Source: Babesia bigemina (lineage: Eukaryota). From it: a stretch of 59,739 bases of DNA. The stretch covers positions 434,001 to 493,739 of the forward strand of contig NC_027220.1 of assembly GCF_000981445.1 (NCBI RefSeq), given 5' to 3'. Positions within the stretch are counted from its first letter, which is position 1. Each line of letters opens with the position of its first letter. Positions 50,701 through 59,739 of this stretch are shown here, one piece after another. Both the position numbers and the translations under genes were made by a program. The notes beneath the pieces were generated by a model. The model saw only the letters and a list, made by a program, of their open reading frames with translations. It did not search any database and had not been told where the DNA came from.

Positions 50701-53700
50701 CCGGGTGGCTCGCCAGTGGACGGCATACCGAAACTTCCGATATCAGTTTTGGGGTCCTCATCATTCCCACCACCAAGTGTTACCGGATGTTTGTCGATCT
50801 GTTCATTAGACTCCGATACAGGGGATAGTGGAGCAGGAGATGAAGGTCCACTCTTGGAGGGCTGCGTAGTTGGCGGATCAAAAGCAATGGGCGCCGGAGA
50901 TACCGTGGCTGGGCCTCTACCCGAAGAAATGGTGCTACTTGACTGAGGGTTCAAATGTTGACTGACTACAGCCTGGAAACTTGCACTGCCTGTGGGAGAA
51001 CCAGAATGAAAACCGTCTTGTGCACTCTGCTTAAGGCCACCCAACTCCGGAACTATAGCATCTTTAGACATTGACGAACCTGTATTTCCCACACCCCTCG
51101 GAACCGAAACATCTTCACTCTGAGGACCGTGTAGATCAGTCCCAGCATTTACGACACCTGAATCGTCATCACTCCCTCCAGTGTCTTCATCCTGCTCTGT
51201 ATCACTACCCAGGGAATCAAGATTCACGGTAGTATGTAAGGTTCTAGAAAACTGCGTTACGCCTGTGCTTGAGTTAGTGGTGGAAAACGGCGAAGATTCT
51301 GAAGTAGAAACGTCCGGAATTTGGCGTCCAGGCGCTTGCAATGCGCCATGATCTTGACCTATAGAAACCTGGTTCATTGCGTCCGCAGCCTGGGACTTTG
51401 ACAAATCGCCACCCCGTCCATTGGCTTCATCATCTTCTTCGTAACCATTCAGCACAGTTGGATCGATAGGCGGGGTGGAAGTTCTACCGAACTGTATGGC
51501 GCGTGGTTTTTGTATAGTAGAGGCAAGAGATGTATGGCCACCCGACCCCTCACGACCACTGGCAGGATGGAGTCCAGATGCCATAGGATCGACACTAGTA
51601 ACACCTACACCAGGGGCTGCCGTGCTTAGCGGAGACGCGTGGCTATTCAAACCCTGGCCACCACCACCTCCACCTCCACCGCCACTTAGACCAGGAACTA
51701 GGGTAGCATGCCTGCTTGTATCGGCGCCTTGATCCGTCTGATTACTTTGATCACTTCGTTGTATAAGTTCGGAAGTAGACCCCCGGCCACTTAGGCCCGG
51801 GCCAATACCGCGACCAAGGGTACCAAATGACGTAAAGCCTGTATCTGGAGCACTTGGAGGCTGCGGAAGCGCATTAGTTGCATAGGCCGCAATGCCTTGA
51901 CCCTGAGAAACAATGGACGTTCGACCAGTACTCCTATCAGCTGCCGCACCGCCAGGGCCAATAGTTTCAGGAGTACTAGGGGGAGCGGCTGTAGGGGGAG
52001 GTGAATGAACAGGCGGTGCCACACCTGGCTGACCTTCAGACCCATTACCCTCATTGTCAACAATTTGTTGAGCTTTTGTAACTGCAGCAACAGCACCACC
52101 CGCCAGATCTGAAGTATGATGTTCTGAAACCGTTGTGCTTTTAGCGCTTTTATCTGCACCTTGATCATGAGAATTCTCTTGCGGTGACGATATGGGAGTG
52201 AGGCCCGGACTACCTGGTAAGCCACTGCCAACTGACGATGTGGAAGCTGCGATTGAATCACTTGGGGTGGGAGCTTGAATAGATTTTAAATTCTCCTTGG
52301 AATCGCCATCCGTACTGCCTCTCGCATCCCCACCGCTTCCAGAAGCTCCACCGTCACCAGGAACAGAACCCTGGCTGGGTGGTGTCGTAGTTGTGGCTGA
52401 ATCTGATTCAGTCGCATTACTAATTCCACTTTGCTGACCGTGTTGAGAATCTCCCTGGCCACTATCGGTAACAGAGACAGCAGAAGGAGCAATTACACTA
52501 GAAGGCTGAGATACTGAATCTGTTACCCTTTGGGATTGAGCGACAAGAGTATCCGTAGAGACAGCAGGCTGTTGACCTGAAGAAGCACCGCCCTGCGAAC
52601 CCCGACCCTGATCACCTGGAGGACCAGGGGGGGCAGGAATTGAGGTAGAGGGTTCTATAGGGCCTTGCAGTTGAACTACCTGTTGAGCTTGACCATTTGA
52701 AGATTGCGGAGGTTCAGAGCTTGGAGATGAAACAAGTTGTTTACCTGAATGCGCATCGCCATTTAAACCCACACCCTGTCTGATAGACCTACTGGGGGAG
52801 CCCGGGGATACAGCATCACCTGTGGGAGGGGGTTGAGAGACGACTACTGTTTGATCCTGAACAGAATTTTGATTTGATGAACCATAAGACACTGTAGGCT
52901 CTGCACTAGTAGGCCCTTGCGGGGTATTCACTCCTGGTGACCCTGTCGGAACTGACTCTCCTTTACCACTGGGAGGTGAAGGTGGCGCCAAATCTTGAAC
53001 TTGTGAACCTAAAGACACATCTACTCTTGGATCCTTACCTTGGTCCTGTTCTCCCTCAGATGTTATAGGGGTTCCAGGAGATTTGGCAGGTGGTACTTCG
53101 GGTTTATTGGGGGATTCGACAGGAACTTTGTCATAAGTTACAGGTGACATGGAGGCTTCTGTAGCCGTGGTAGTCCCGGAGTCAGCAGGTAACGGTTGGG
53201 GGTGTGCTGGGGGAGCATGGAATGGAGACTCAGACCTACCTGCAGAATCTGATTCCCCAGGACGCCCCGTCTCCCCTGCCGTACCATTCCCTCCTATGCC
53301 ATCACCGCCATCAACAGCAGCTATATGAGTTGTGGCATGCGTATCAGCAGCACCGGCGGCATCTCTACGGGGCGACAAGGATTGCCGGGTTTTTTCATTA
53401 GGTATAGAAGAATACACCAACACATCTGGTTTACCAGTAGGCGGTAGAACATCTACATGGTTCTTTAAATCACCAGCGGGGCTGCTGGGTCCAAGAGTCG
53501 CGGGAGCAGGAGGTAAGGCGATATGATCTGCTTTTGCTTGAGTACTGAGAGACGGAATGTCAGGCTTTTGAACAGTTATTGTCGACGATGTAGCATGATT
53601 CTGTGGCACTGAAACACTTGGAGCTGGCGGACTTTTACCTCCACCGGTATATTTAGTGTCCTCAACTCGTTTACTGTCGGAATTTCCCGCATTTTGTGGT

Positions 53701-55127
53701 GCTGACTTTGGCTGAGATTGAGTAGTTCTTTGAGCTGTTGAAGCTTGAACATGAGAAGGTGTGGAATCTGTACGACTCTGAGCCACTGATTGGACTTGAG
53801 TGGCGCTAAGTTTGGCGCCACTTCCGCTGTGAGACGCTCCCTCTCCCCCTCCTTTTCCCCGTATCGCACCAGACGTCGTCTGGCTACCATCCGCTCTATT
53901 TTTATTCCCTACAACGCTTCTAGTGCCTTTAGCACCGGATGTGCTTGATGATGAAGCCGTATGCAGCGGAGCCTGGGGACACGGCACACCATCCAAAAGT
54001 TCTTTAAGCTTTGGTAGACCACTGTTATCATCAACAAAAGTTTCAAGTGCATTCGTCCACTCCCAAGTGTCAAGAAAACCCTTCGCTTGCACCACGTCGT
54101 TTCCCTTAAAAACCACACCGTTAGGAAATAAAACGCCATTTGCGAAGGAGCGGTAATTGAAAGCGCCCGTGTCAATGACCTGATTACGCATAGTTTCTAC
54201 ATGCTTGATTATATTCGTGAAATTAGTTCTAAACCACGCCGCGAATTTCTCAGCGAATACTTCAGACCTAAGGTAAGAAGCCGTCGTAGCCACACCACTA
54301 TGGTCAAAGGGGCCTGTAGTAAACATATTATTGTACGTAACCTTAATTTCTCCGCATACATGTTTTAATTCATCCCAAGCTATGCATTTAGGCTTTATGT
54401 TTTTTTCCAAAGCTTCTTTTAACGCATCTTGCTTCCCCGATTTTACAATATCGCAAAACACGCCTACCAAGCAAATAGCATTTGCTGTGTTCACAGACTC
54501 CGCACCAAATACAGTACAGGTAGAGAGAATAAAAACGTCACGTAAGTAATTTTGTTCAACTTTCTTGTCCAAAAACCATCGGAGATCAGTTGTCATTTTC
54601 TTGCCCTGGGTGTAATTAGCGTAGAGCCGACCATACCTCAACTCGCGAAGCTCAAACCCTCCAGGTAAAATGCTGCCGGAAGCACTGCGGTATGCTTTAG
54701 TGAGATATGTTTCTAGACCGCCGCCGTACCCAGGCCAATCCTCCGCCCACCCGCCACCGCCCACTCCCTTAAATATCACATCCACATTGTACCACAGATA
54801 GTACATTGCAGCGAAGAACTTGGGAAGGCACTCTAAGAGAGCGTCAACAGTGTCATCTACATTGGGGTCACGGGGAATGGAGGCTGCGTCCTTTGTTGTG
54901 GTAAATACCAATTTACCGTAAACCCTATTTACATGCCAGAGAAAATTGGACAATTCAGCTTGTATTGAAGTTCTATCAATCCAGTTATAGTACTTAGAAA
55001 CACGTTGATGAAGGTAACTGATCACGGGTTCAAGATAAACCTTCCCGTCCCCCTCGTGCAACCAACAAAAGAACACTAAACAGTCTTTGAGACTTTTGAA
55101 AAGGAATCCGACTGTCCTCTCTGCCAT
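47784..55127 (-). CDS. Large ves/VESA1-related variant surface antigen-like protein
   Basis: Intronless ORF of about 2447 aa. N-terminal domain SLKDCLVFFCWL...LPKFFAAMYYL, long S/G/P/Q low-complexity centre, then a VESA-like C-terminus (APRTIRDMLRWL, YHQLAFLRSQC, SPLQAFLTD, RTPRTTGELVSFF, YLSWVVYL, TM, DLLRIQSH). Confidence 0.85.
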   Translation of the reverse strand: MAERTVGFLFKSLKDCLVFFCWLHEGDGKVYLEPVISYLHQRVSKYYNWIDRTSIQAELSNFLWHVNRVYGKLVFTTTKDAASIPRDPNVDDTVDALLECLPKFFAAMYYLWYNVDVIFKGVGGGGWAEDWPGYGGGLETYLTKAYRSASGSILPGGFELRELRYGRLYANYTQGKKMTTDLRWFLDKKVEQNYLRDVFILSTCTVFGAESVNTANAICLVGVFCDIVKSGKQDALKEALEKNIKPKCIAWDELKHVCGEIKVTYNNMFTTGPFDHSGVATTASYLRSEVFAEKFAAWFRTNFTNIIKHVETMRNQVIDTGAFNYRSFANGVLFPNGVVFKGNDVVQAKGFLDTWEWTNALETFVDDNSGLPKLKELLDGVPCPQAPLHTASSSSTSGAKGTRSVVGNKNRADGSQTTSGAIRGKGGGEGASHSGSGAKLSATQVQSVAQSRTDSTPSHVQASTAQRTTQSQPKSAPQNAGNSDSKRVEDTKYTGGGKSPPAPSVSVPQNHATSSTITVQKPDIPSLSTQAKADHIALPPAPATLGPSSPAGDLKNHVDVLPPTGKPDVLVYSSIPNEKTRQSLSPRRDAAGAADTHATTHIAAVDGGDGIGGNGTAGETGRPGESDSAGRSESPFHAPPAHPQPLPADSGTTTATEASMSPVTYDKVPVESPNKPEVPPAKSPGTPITSEGEQDQGKDPRVDVSLGSQVQDLAPPSPPSGKGESVPTGSPGVNTPQGPTSAEPTVSYGSSNQNSVQDQTVVVSQPPPTGDAVSPGSPSRSIRQGVGLNGDAHSGKQLVSSPSSEPPQSSNGQAQQVVQLQGPIEPSTSIPAPPGPPGDQGRGSQGGASSGQQPAVSTDTLVAQSQRVTDSVSQPSSVIAPSAVSVTDSGQGDSQHGQQSGISNATESDSATTTTPPSQGSVPGDGGASGSGGDARGSTDGDSKENLKSIQAPTPSDSIAASTSSVGSGLPGSPGLTPISSPQENSHDQGADKSAKSTTVSEHHTSDLAGGAVAAVTKAQQIVDNEGNGSEGQPGVAPPVHSPPPTAAPPSTPETIGPGGAAADRSTGRTSIVSQGQGIAAYATNALPQPPSAPDTGFTSFGTLGRGIGPGLSGRGSTSELIQRSDQSNQTDQGADTSRHATLVPGLSGGGGGGGGGQGLNSHASPLSTAAPGVGVTSVDPMASGLHPASGREGSGGHTSLASTIQKPRAIQFGRTSTPPIDPTVLNGYEEDDEANGRGGDLSKSQAADAMNQVSIGQDHGALQAPGRQIPDVSTSESSPFSTTNSSTGVTQFSRTLHTTVNLDSLGSDTEQDEDTGGSDDDSGVVNAGTDLHGPQSEDVSVPRGVGNTGSSMSKDAIVPELGGLKQSAQDGFHSGSPTGSASFQAVVSQHLNPQSSSTISSGRGPATVSPAPIAFDPPTTQPSKSGPSSPAPLSPVSESNEQIDKHPVTLGGGNDEDPKTDIGSFGMPSTGEPPGINGGGSSVGTGQGGTNPMTPQIGGSNLSLNTSVNSGSNASHQVPSQVLKQTPAAITFTKITDDQIWELQKQSMHGENYKKLQQKIKQRSDAKQRSQIIPNLKKHVYHTDSYASDARSGGFTRFSPQHYVPQKGQQKPAVRNDVIINGDAIEDPFYENDRKQRERVVAEAKRKEDVRQMKQTTDESTWMAEKLKFADEVKEHKLNVTKILQDIKQKDLDLMQSPQDFNCIVVSDTSKAASDDLYGKVVHELDGKAMTYDNVIQDPEEKRMEDLYNRIMEDYRTEDNTRNVMEKMKEEHRKEIEKFNREAEKDYNVAVEQNRIVHALANSISLDDASSIPLMENMTPSMSFLAEFDGSATADARGSSPMLPLPQSDFDIEMAYKPDRSDDNDGFRNHPPPAAAYKINAPLSYNYPDISSSSPYLETFDEESLKSPTVDFCLPAWTTHTPTDDFDGIPEIELFPAEAPRTIRDMLRWLVGIGSQKHLTTLDKCINEAFGKAPDVIPGNPTLCVNNSKLKSEDVIKALKLASMFSSSVLSAIEPGWKQKSSRSGTVKRMDTDHDQDPDGCALLCCLQDYVYACYHQLAFLRSQCAGDKFRGGWMGCQFGRDVTAESPLQAFLTDAYYSKFKTHLFDPCDVCLKSRIRMGFRKGDFSKIAKDGSYLYYLLSPSCSGDDDPLITLSSYLNCITRRTPRTTGELVSFFQHFGSEMRKDGIGILSDMGRALSTPHPNCPEWDHLGRHDLDAVGGIRVSESPISKHDNDHAGTLSTLVGCNITNVQCTKLLSPITHRAYAMYSPCFAQTYLSWVVYLADTLRESLDRLRYDFTRHNVSKCGSIHHCHDALPYLYFHGFTPPEGTSTSLVTCSQVITKLEEVINGGPIAKLINCMDDFLYRVRWPFIYTVITLWSTAFLLFAHTALYRLDLLRIQSHFLRSRGSHVIDVKALLTDGTKMPSLYDIDYFDDEALAHAWNRIY

Positions 55128-56304
55128 CGTGAATATCAACGCAGACAGAACACTACATTAAAGGAAGCGCTAAAAGATGCGAATGATCAGCACCGATGGC
55201 ATTAAAAGCTGTGATCTAGAAAATGTCTAGGTTATCCGAGCTCCGAGGTGGACGCGTGAGTATTGCCACACTCATAATACGGCAGTGTATACACAAAGTG
55301 TGCTATGTGAAAAGCTACATCGTGAAAGTTTCAGTGACAAAAGTAATCATTAAACTTAATTTTAAAAATCGGGGTCGCAGGCAAAAATAAGCCCGCTCCA
55401 CCCTGTGAACTACATTGAAAACGCGTTTATCATAAATACTACTCACCCGTAGGAGCAAGGAGGCAAGATGCCCAAGAATCCGGCAAGCCCAGAGGCCGAC
55501 CGGCGTGAAAAAATGGAACCCGGCCGGAAAGTGGCATACCCCACGAGATTTCCGTGTATATCACACATCACATATACCATATCTAAACCTTGAATTCACC
55601 AGGCCGTCTCCCTTAGGCGTTCCCGGAGCGTCCAGGCGACCGCCACGTGCTCACCGCCAGTACCACTACATTCACGCGATGGCAACAGCGGTATACGACG
55701 CCTAAAAGGGCGCATATAGGTAATGCTGTGGGCACAGAGTTATGTCAAACTAGAATCAGAGCGAACTGCCACTAACTCATCCCGGTGTGGGCTAATTCAT
55801 TTCCAGAGCAACCGCTATCTGCGACGCTGCCGGGGGCCTTCCATCTGCTCAATCAAAATGCGGTGAGAAATTGAGTCGCTTAATAATACGATTGCGCTAT
55901 TAAAGGATACTTTAACAAGACATTGGCGTCGTAATCACGTTAAACAGACTCGCGGCGTCCCTTCCATGAGCGCTAAAATGTGCTTTACGTATCTAGCGAT
56001 TCAAATGCTGAGATATCATTGACACTACAAGTGTTACGTTGCTGAGTCGCCAAGCATGGCACGCTTCAGCCGCTGAATTGGACGGAAAGTCACTGTTTAG
56101 GCTCACAGCCTTTTGTCGCCGTAGAGTGGGAGTATTAACGTGCCCAGCGACCATGGTTGAGAAGCCATAGTCTCCTACAATATCGACGGATTGCTACTTC
56201 TTTGTGCCCAGCAGATGCTAGAAATATTCGATATGTGGATTTGCCAACATACCCAAAAACGTGTATACGAGATATGCCAGATTCCAGAAACAAAAGTCTG
56301 GTGA

Positions 56305-59300
56305 CGGCAGTGAAGCAGTGCTGGCAGATGTCAGATTGGACCAGGTTTGGCGCAGTGATGCGTGTTGTAGGCCTCGTCCGTTTGCCTCGCTCCACGCCCG
56401 CCGGCGCCGCGCAGCCGCCGTGTCAGCGGATACGGGGAGTGGCAGATACCACAACTCAATGCACTGCCGGCACTTAATAGCTATAAGACGTAGTATGGTA
56501 CGCACTTCTATTTGGCTGTGATGGCCTGGCTCGCAACACCCGTCACCCTGCCGCCACCGCCGCCACGCCTACACCGCTGCGGACGGGCTCTGAGGCAGGC
56601 GGGTCGCGGGCACTGGCGGTGGCACCAGGCGTCATAAGACGACGATACTGTCATCGGAGCTGCCTGGCACCACACTTGCTGGCACTCGTCCAGCTGCTAC
56701 CTGTGGATCCACCGCCGCCGGCACGCCTGGTGAGGGTCTGTGACGCCGGGTGGAGTCGCTGGGCGAGACATCGCCAGACCACGGCAGGCGCTGCGCAGCA
56801 CATGATGTGACCTGGTGTCGCGGTATAGCTGCTCTATATGTCCCATCCACCGACACGCATCCGGGCACTCCGGGAGCGCCGCCGCCGGCACGCCTGGGGA
56901 GGGTCTGTGACGCCGGGTGGAGTCGCTGGGTGTGACATCGCCAGACCGCGGCAGTGTCGCGATGGTGCCACATTGGTGTGGTTACGTGCCTGTGTTGCCT
57001 CCTACCCCAGCCCACATCCGCCCGTTGTGCCGGGCTCCGGTGCGTGACGCCTGCGGGCGGGGTGCCCGGACTGGGGGCTTGGCAGTCGAGGCACCGGAGG
57101 GATGGCAGCTAGGGCGCTGTAGTGAAGCAGTGTTAGTGGATGACAGCTTCGACGTGGTGTGGCGCAGTGCTTCCTGTGGTAGGCCTTGTCTGTCTGCCTC
57201 GCTCCACGACCCCGGCGCCGCGCAGCCGCCGTGTCAGCGGATACGGGGTCTAGCAGATACCACAACTCAATGCACTGCCGGCACCTAATAGCTATAAGAC
57301 GTAGTATGGTACGCACTCTATGTGGCTGTGATGGCCTGGCTCACACCACCCGTCACCCCGCCGCCACGCCTACACCGCTGGGCGGACGGCCTCTGAGGCA
57401 GGCGGGTCACGGGCACTGGCGGTGGCACCAGGCGTCATCAGACGACGATAGCTGTCATCAAAGCTGCCTGGCACCACACTTGCTACGATAACACTTGCTG
57501 GCACTCGACCAGCTGCCACCGGTGGATCCACCGCCGCCGGCACGCCTGGTGAGGGTCTGTGGCGCCGGGTGGAGTCACTGGGCGAGACATCGCCAGACCA
57601 CGGCAGGCTGTGCGCAGCACACGATGTGACCTGGTGTCGCGGTATAGCTGCTCTATATGTCCCATCCACCGAAACGCATCCGGGCAGTCCGGGAGCGCCG
57701 CCGCCGGCACGCCTGCGGAGCCGCCACGGCCAACTGCAGCTGCGGCTGTACGGCACGCCAGACCCCGCCAGTGTCGCGCTCGTGCCACATTGGTGTGGTT
57801 ACGTGCCTGTGTTGCCTCCCTACTCTGGCCCACATCCGCCCGTTGTGCCGGGCTCCGGTGCGTGACGCCTGCGGGCGGGGTGCCCGGACTGGGGGCTTGG
57901 CAGTCGAGGCAGCAGACGGATGGCAGCTAGGGCGCTATAGTGAAGCAGTGCTGGCAGATGACAGATTGGACCAGGTTTGGCGCAGTGCTGCGTGTTGTAG
58001 GCCGTGTCTGCCTGCCTCGCTCCACGCCCGCCGGCGCCGCGCAGCCGCCGTGTCAGCAGCTACGGGGATTGGCAGATACCACAACTCAATGCACTGCCGG
58101 CACCTAATAGCTATAAGACGTAGTATGGTACGCACTCTATGTGGCTGTGATGGCCTGGCTCACACCACCCGTCACCCCGCCGCCACGCCTACACCGCTGG
58201 GCGGACGGCCTCTGAGGCAGGCGGGTCACGGGCACTGGCGGTGGCACCAGGCGTCATCAGACGACGATAGCTGTCATCAAAGCTGCCTGGCACCACACTT
58301 GCTACGATAACACTTGCTGGCACTCGACCAGCTGCCACCGGTGGATCCACCGCCGCCGGCACGCCTGGTGAGGGTCTGTGGCGCCGGGTGGAGTCACTGG
58401 GCGAGACATCGCCAGACCACGGCAGGCTGTGCGCAGCACACGATGTGACCTGGTGTCGCGGTATAGCTGCTCTATATGTCCCATCCACCGAAACGCATCC
58501 GGGCAGTCCGGGAGCGCCGCCGCCGGCACGCCTGCGGAGCCGCCACGGCCAACTGCAGCTGCGGCTGTACGGCACGCCAGACCCCGCCAGTGTCGCGCTC
58601 GTGCCACATTGGTGTGGTTACGTGCCTGTGTTGCCTCCCTACTCTGGCCCACATCCGCCCGTTGTGCCGGGCTCCGGTGCGTGACGCCTGCGGGCGGGGT
58701 GCCCGGACTGGGGGCTTGGCAGTCGAGGCAGCAGACGGATGGCAGCTAGGGCGCTATAGTGAAGCAGTGCTGGCAGATGACAGATTGGACCAGGTTTGGC
58801 GCAGTGCTGCGTGTTGTAGGCCGTGTCTGCCTGCCTCGCTCCACGCCCGCCGGCGCCGCGCAGCCGCCGTGTCAGCAGCTACGGGGATTGGCAGATACCA
58901 CAACTCAATGCACTGCCGGCACCTAATAGCTATAAGACGTAGTATGGTACGCACTCTATGTGGCTGTGATGGCCTGGCTCACACCACCCGTCACCCCGCC
59001 GCCACGCCTACACCGCTGGGCGGACGGCCTCTGAGGCAGGCGGGTCACGGGCACTGGCGGTGGCACCAGGCGTCATCAGACGACGATAGCTGTCATCAAA
59101 GCTGCCTGGCACCACACTTGCTACGATAACACTTGCTGGCACTCGACCAGCTGCCACCGGTGGATCCACCGCCGCCGGCACGCCTGGTGAGGGTCTGTGG
59201 CGCCGGGTGGAGTCACTGGGCGAGACATCGCCAGACCACGGCAGGCTGTGCGCAGCACACGATGTGACCTGGTGTCGCGGTATAGCTGCTCTATATGTCC

Positions 59301-59739
59301 CATCCACCGAAACGCATCCGGGCAGTCCGGGAGCGCCGCCGCCGGCACGCCTGCGGAGCCGCCACGGCCAACTGCAGCTGCGGCTGTACGGCACGCCAGA
59401 CCCCGCCAGTGTCGCGCTCGTGCCACATTGGTGTGGTTACGTGCCTGTGTTGCCTCCCTACTCTGGCCCACATCCGCCCGTTGTGCCGGGCTCCGGTGCG
59501 TGACGCCTGCGGGCGGGGTGCCCGGACTGGGGGCTTGGCAGTCGAGGCACCGGAGGGATGGCAGTTAGGGCACGGCAGTGAAGCAGTGCTGGCGGATGAC
59601 AGATTGGACCAGGTTTGGCGCAGTGCTGCGTGCTGTAGGCCTTGTCTGTCTGCCTCGCTCCACGACCCCGGCGCCGCGCAGCCGCCGTGTCAGCGGATAC
59701 GGGGTCTAGCAGATACCACAACTCAATGCTCGCCGGCAC
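56305..59739. repeat. GC-rich tandem repeat array, about 819-bp unit, at least 4.2 copies, truncated by the window end
   Basis: The anchor AGTGAAGCAGTG recurs at 56309, 57121, 57939, 58758 and 59577 (periods 812, 818, 819, 819). Identical shadow ORFs recur every 819 bp. Confidence 0.97.

Noticed and set aside
55583..55594. CTAAACCTTGAA, a telomere-like 12-mer or possible telomerase RNA template
   Set aside because: A single imperfect match lacking CCC; expected by chance, with no supporting structure identified.
57425..57445. CTGATGA on the minus strand of each satellite unit, suggesting a hammerhead ribozyme
   Set aside because: No GAAA core at a suitable distance on that strand, and the flanking stems cannot be built.
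56600..59739. Many 60-217 aa ORFs in the repeat array
   Set aside because: Expected in GC-rich, stop-poor repeats; they occur in all frames and carry no domains.
56305..59739. CRISPR-like array
   Set aside because: Eukaryotic context; units are 819-bp near-identical monomers with no unique spacers and no cas genes.

Overview
Compact, intron-containing eukaryotic DNA from a piroplasm, most likely Babesia sensu stricto. Evidence: an ApiAP2 factor, GAP50, apicomplexan PKG, apicoplast-type leaders, ~30-45 nt GT-AG introns and a ves-like antigen. The first ~46 kb is gene-dense core chromosome: dymeclin-like, RNR large subunit, rubredoxin, ApiAP2, macrodomain protein, TERT, RAP-like protein, LSm4, an RRM protein, apicoplast uL3, cytochrome b5-like, ZIP transporter, GAP50, PKG, a DHHC enzyme, a stand-alone Sec16-C-like protein, CCA-adding enzyme, DDRGK1 and VPS25. 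The last ~13 kb looks subtelomeric/accessory: a decayed restriction-like-endonuclease (RLE) non-LTR retrotransposon fragment, a 2.4-kaa chimeric ves-like gene and a GC-rich 819-bp tandem array running off the window. The most notable observations are the retroelement relic, a putative apicoplast rubredoxin, two convergent gene pairs with stop codons interlocked in one TTAA palindrome, and a TERT start overlapping the upstream ORF. Exon boundaries were read by eye and family calls come from remembered motifs, not database searches.
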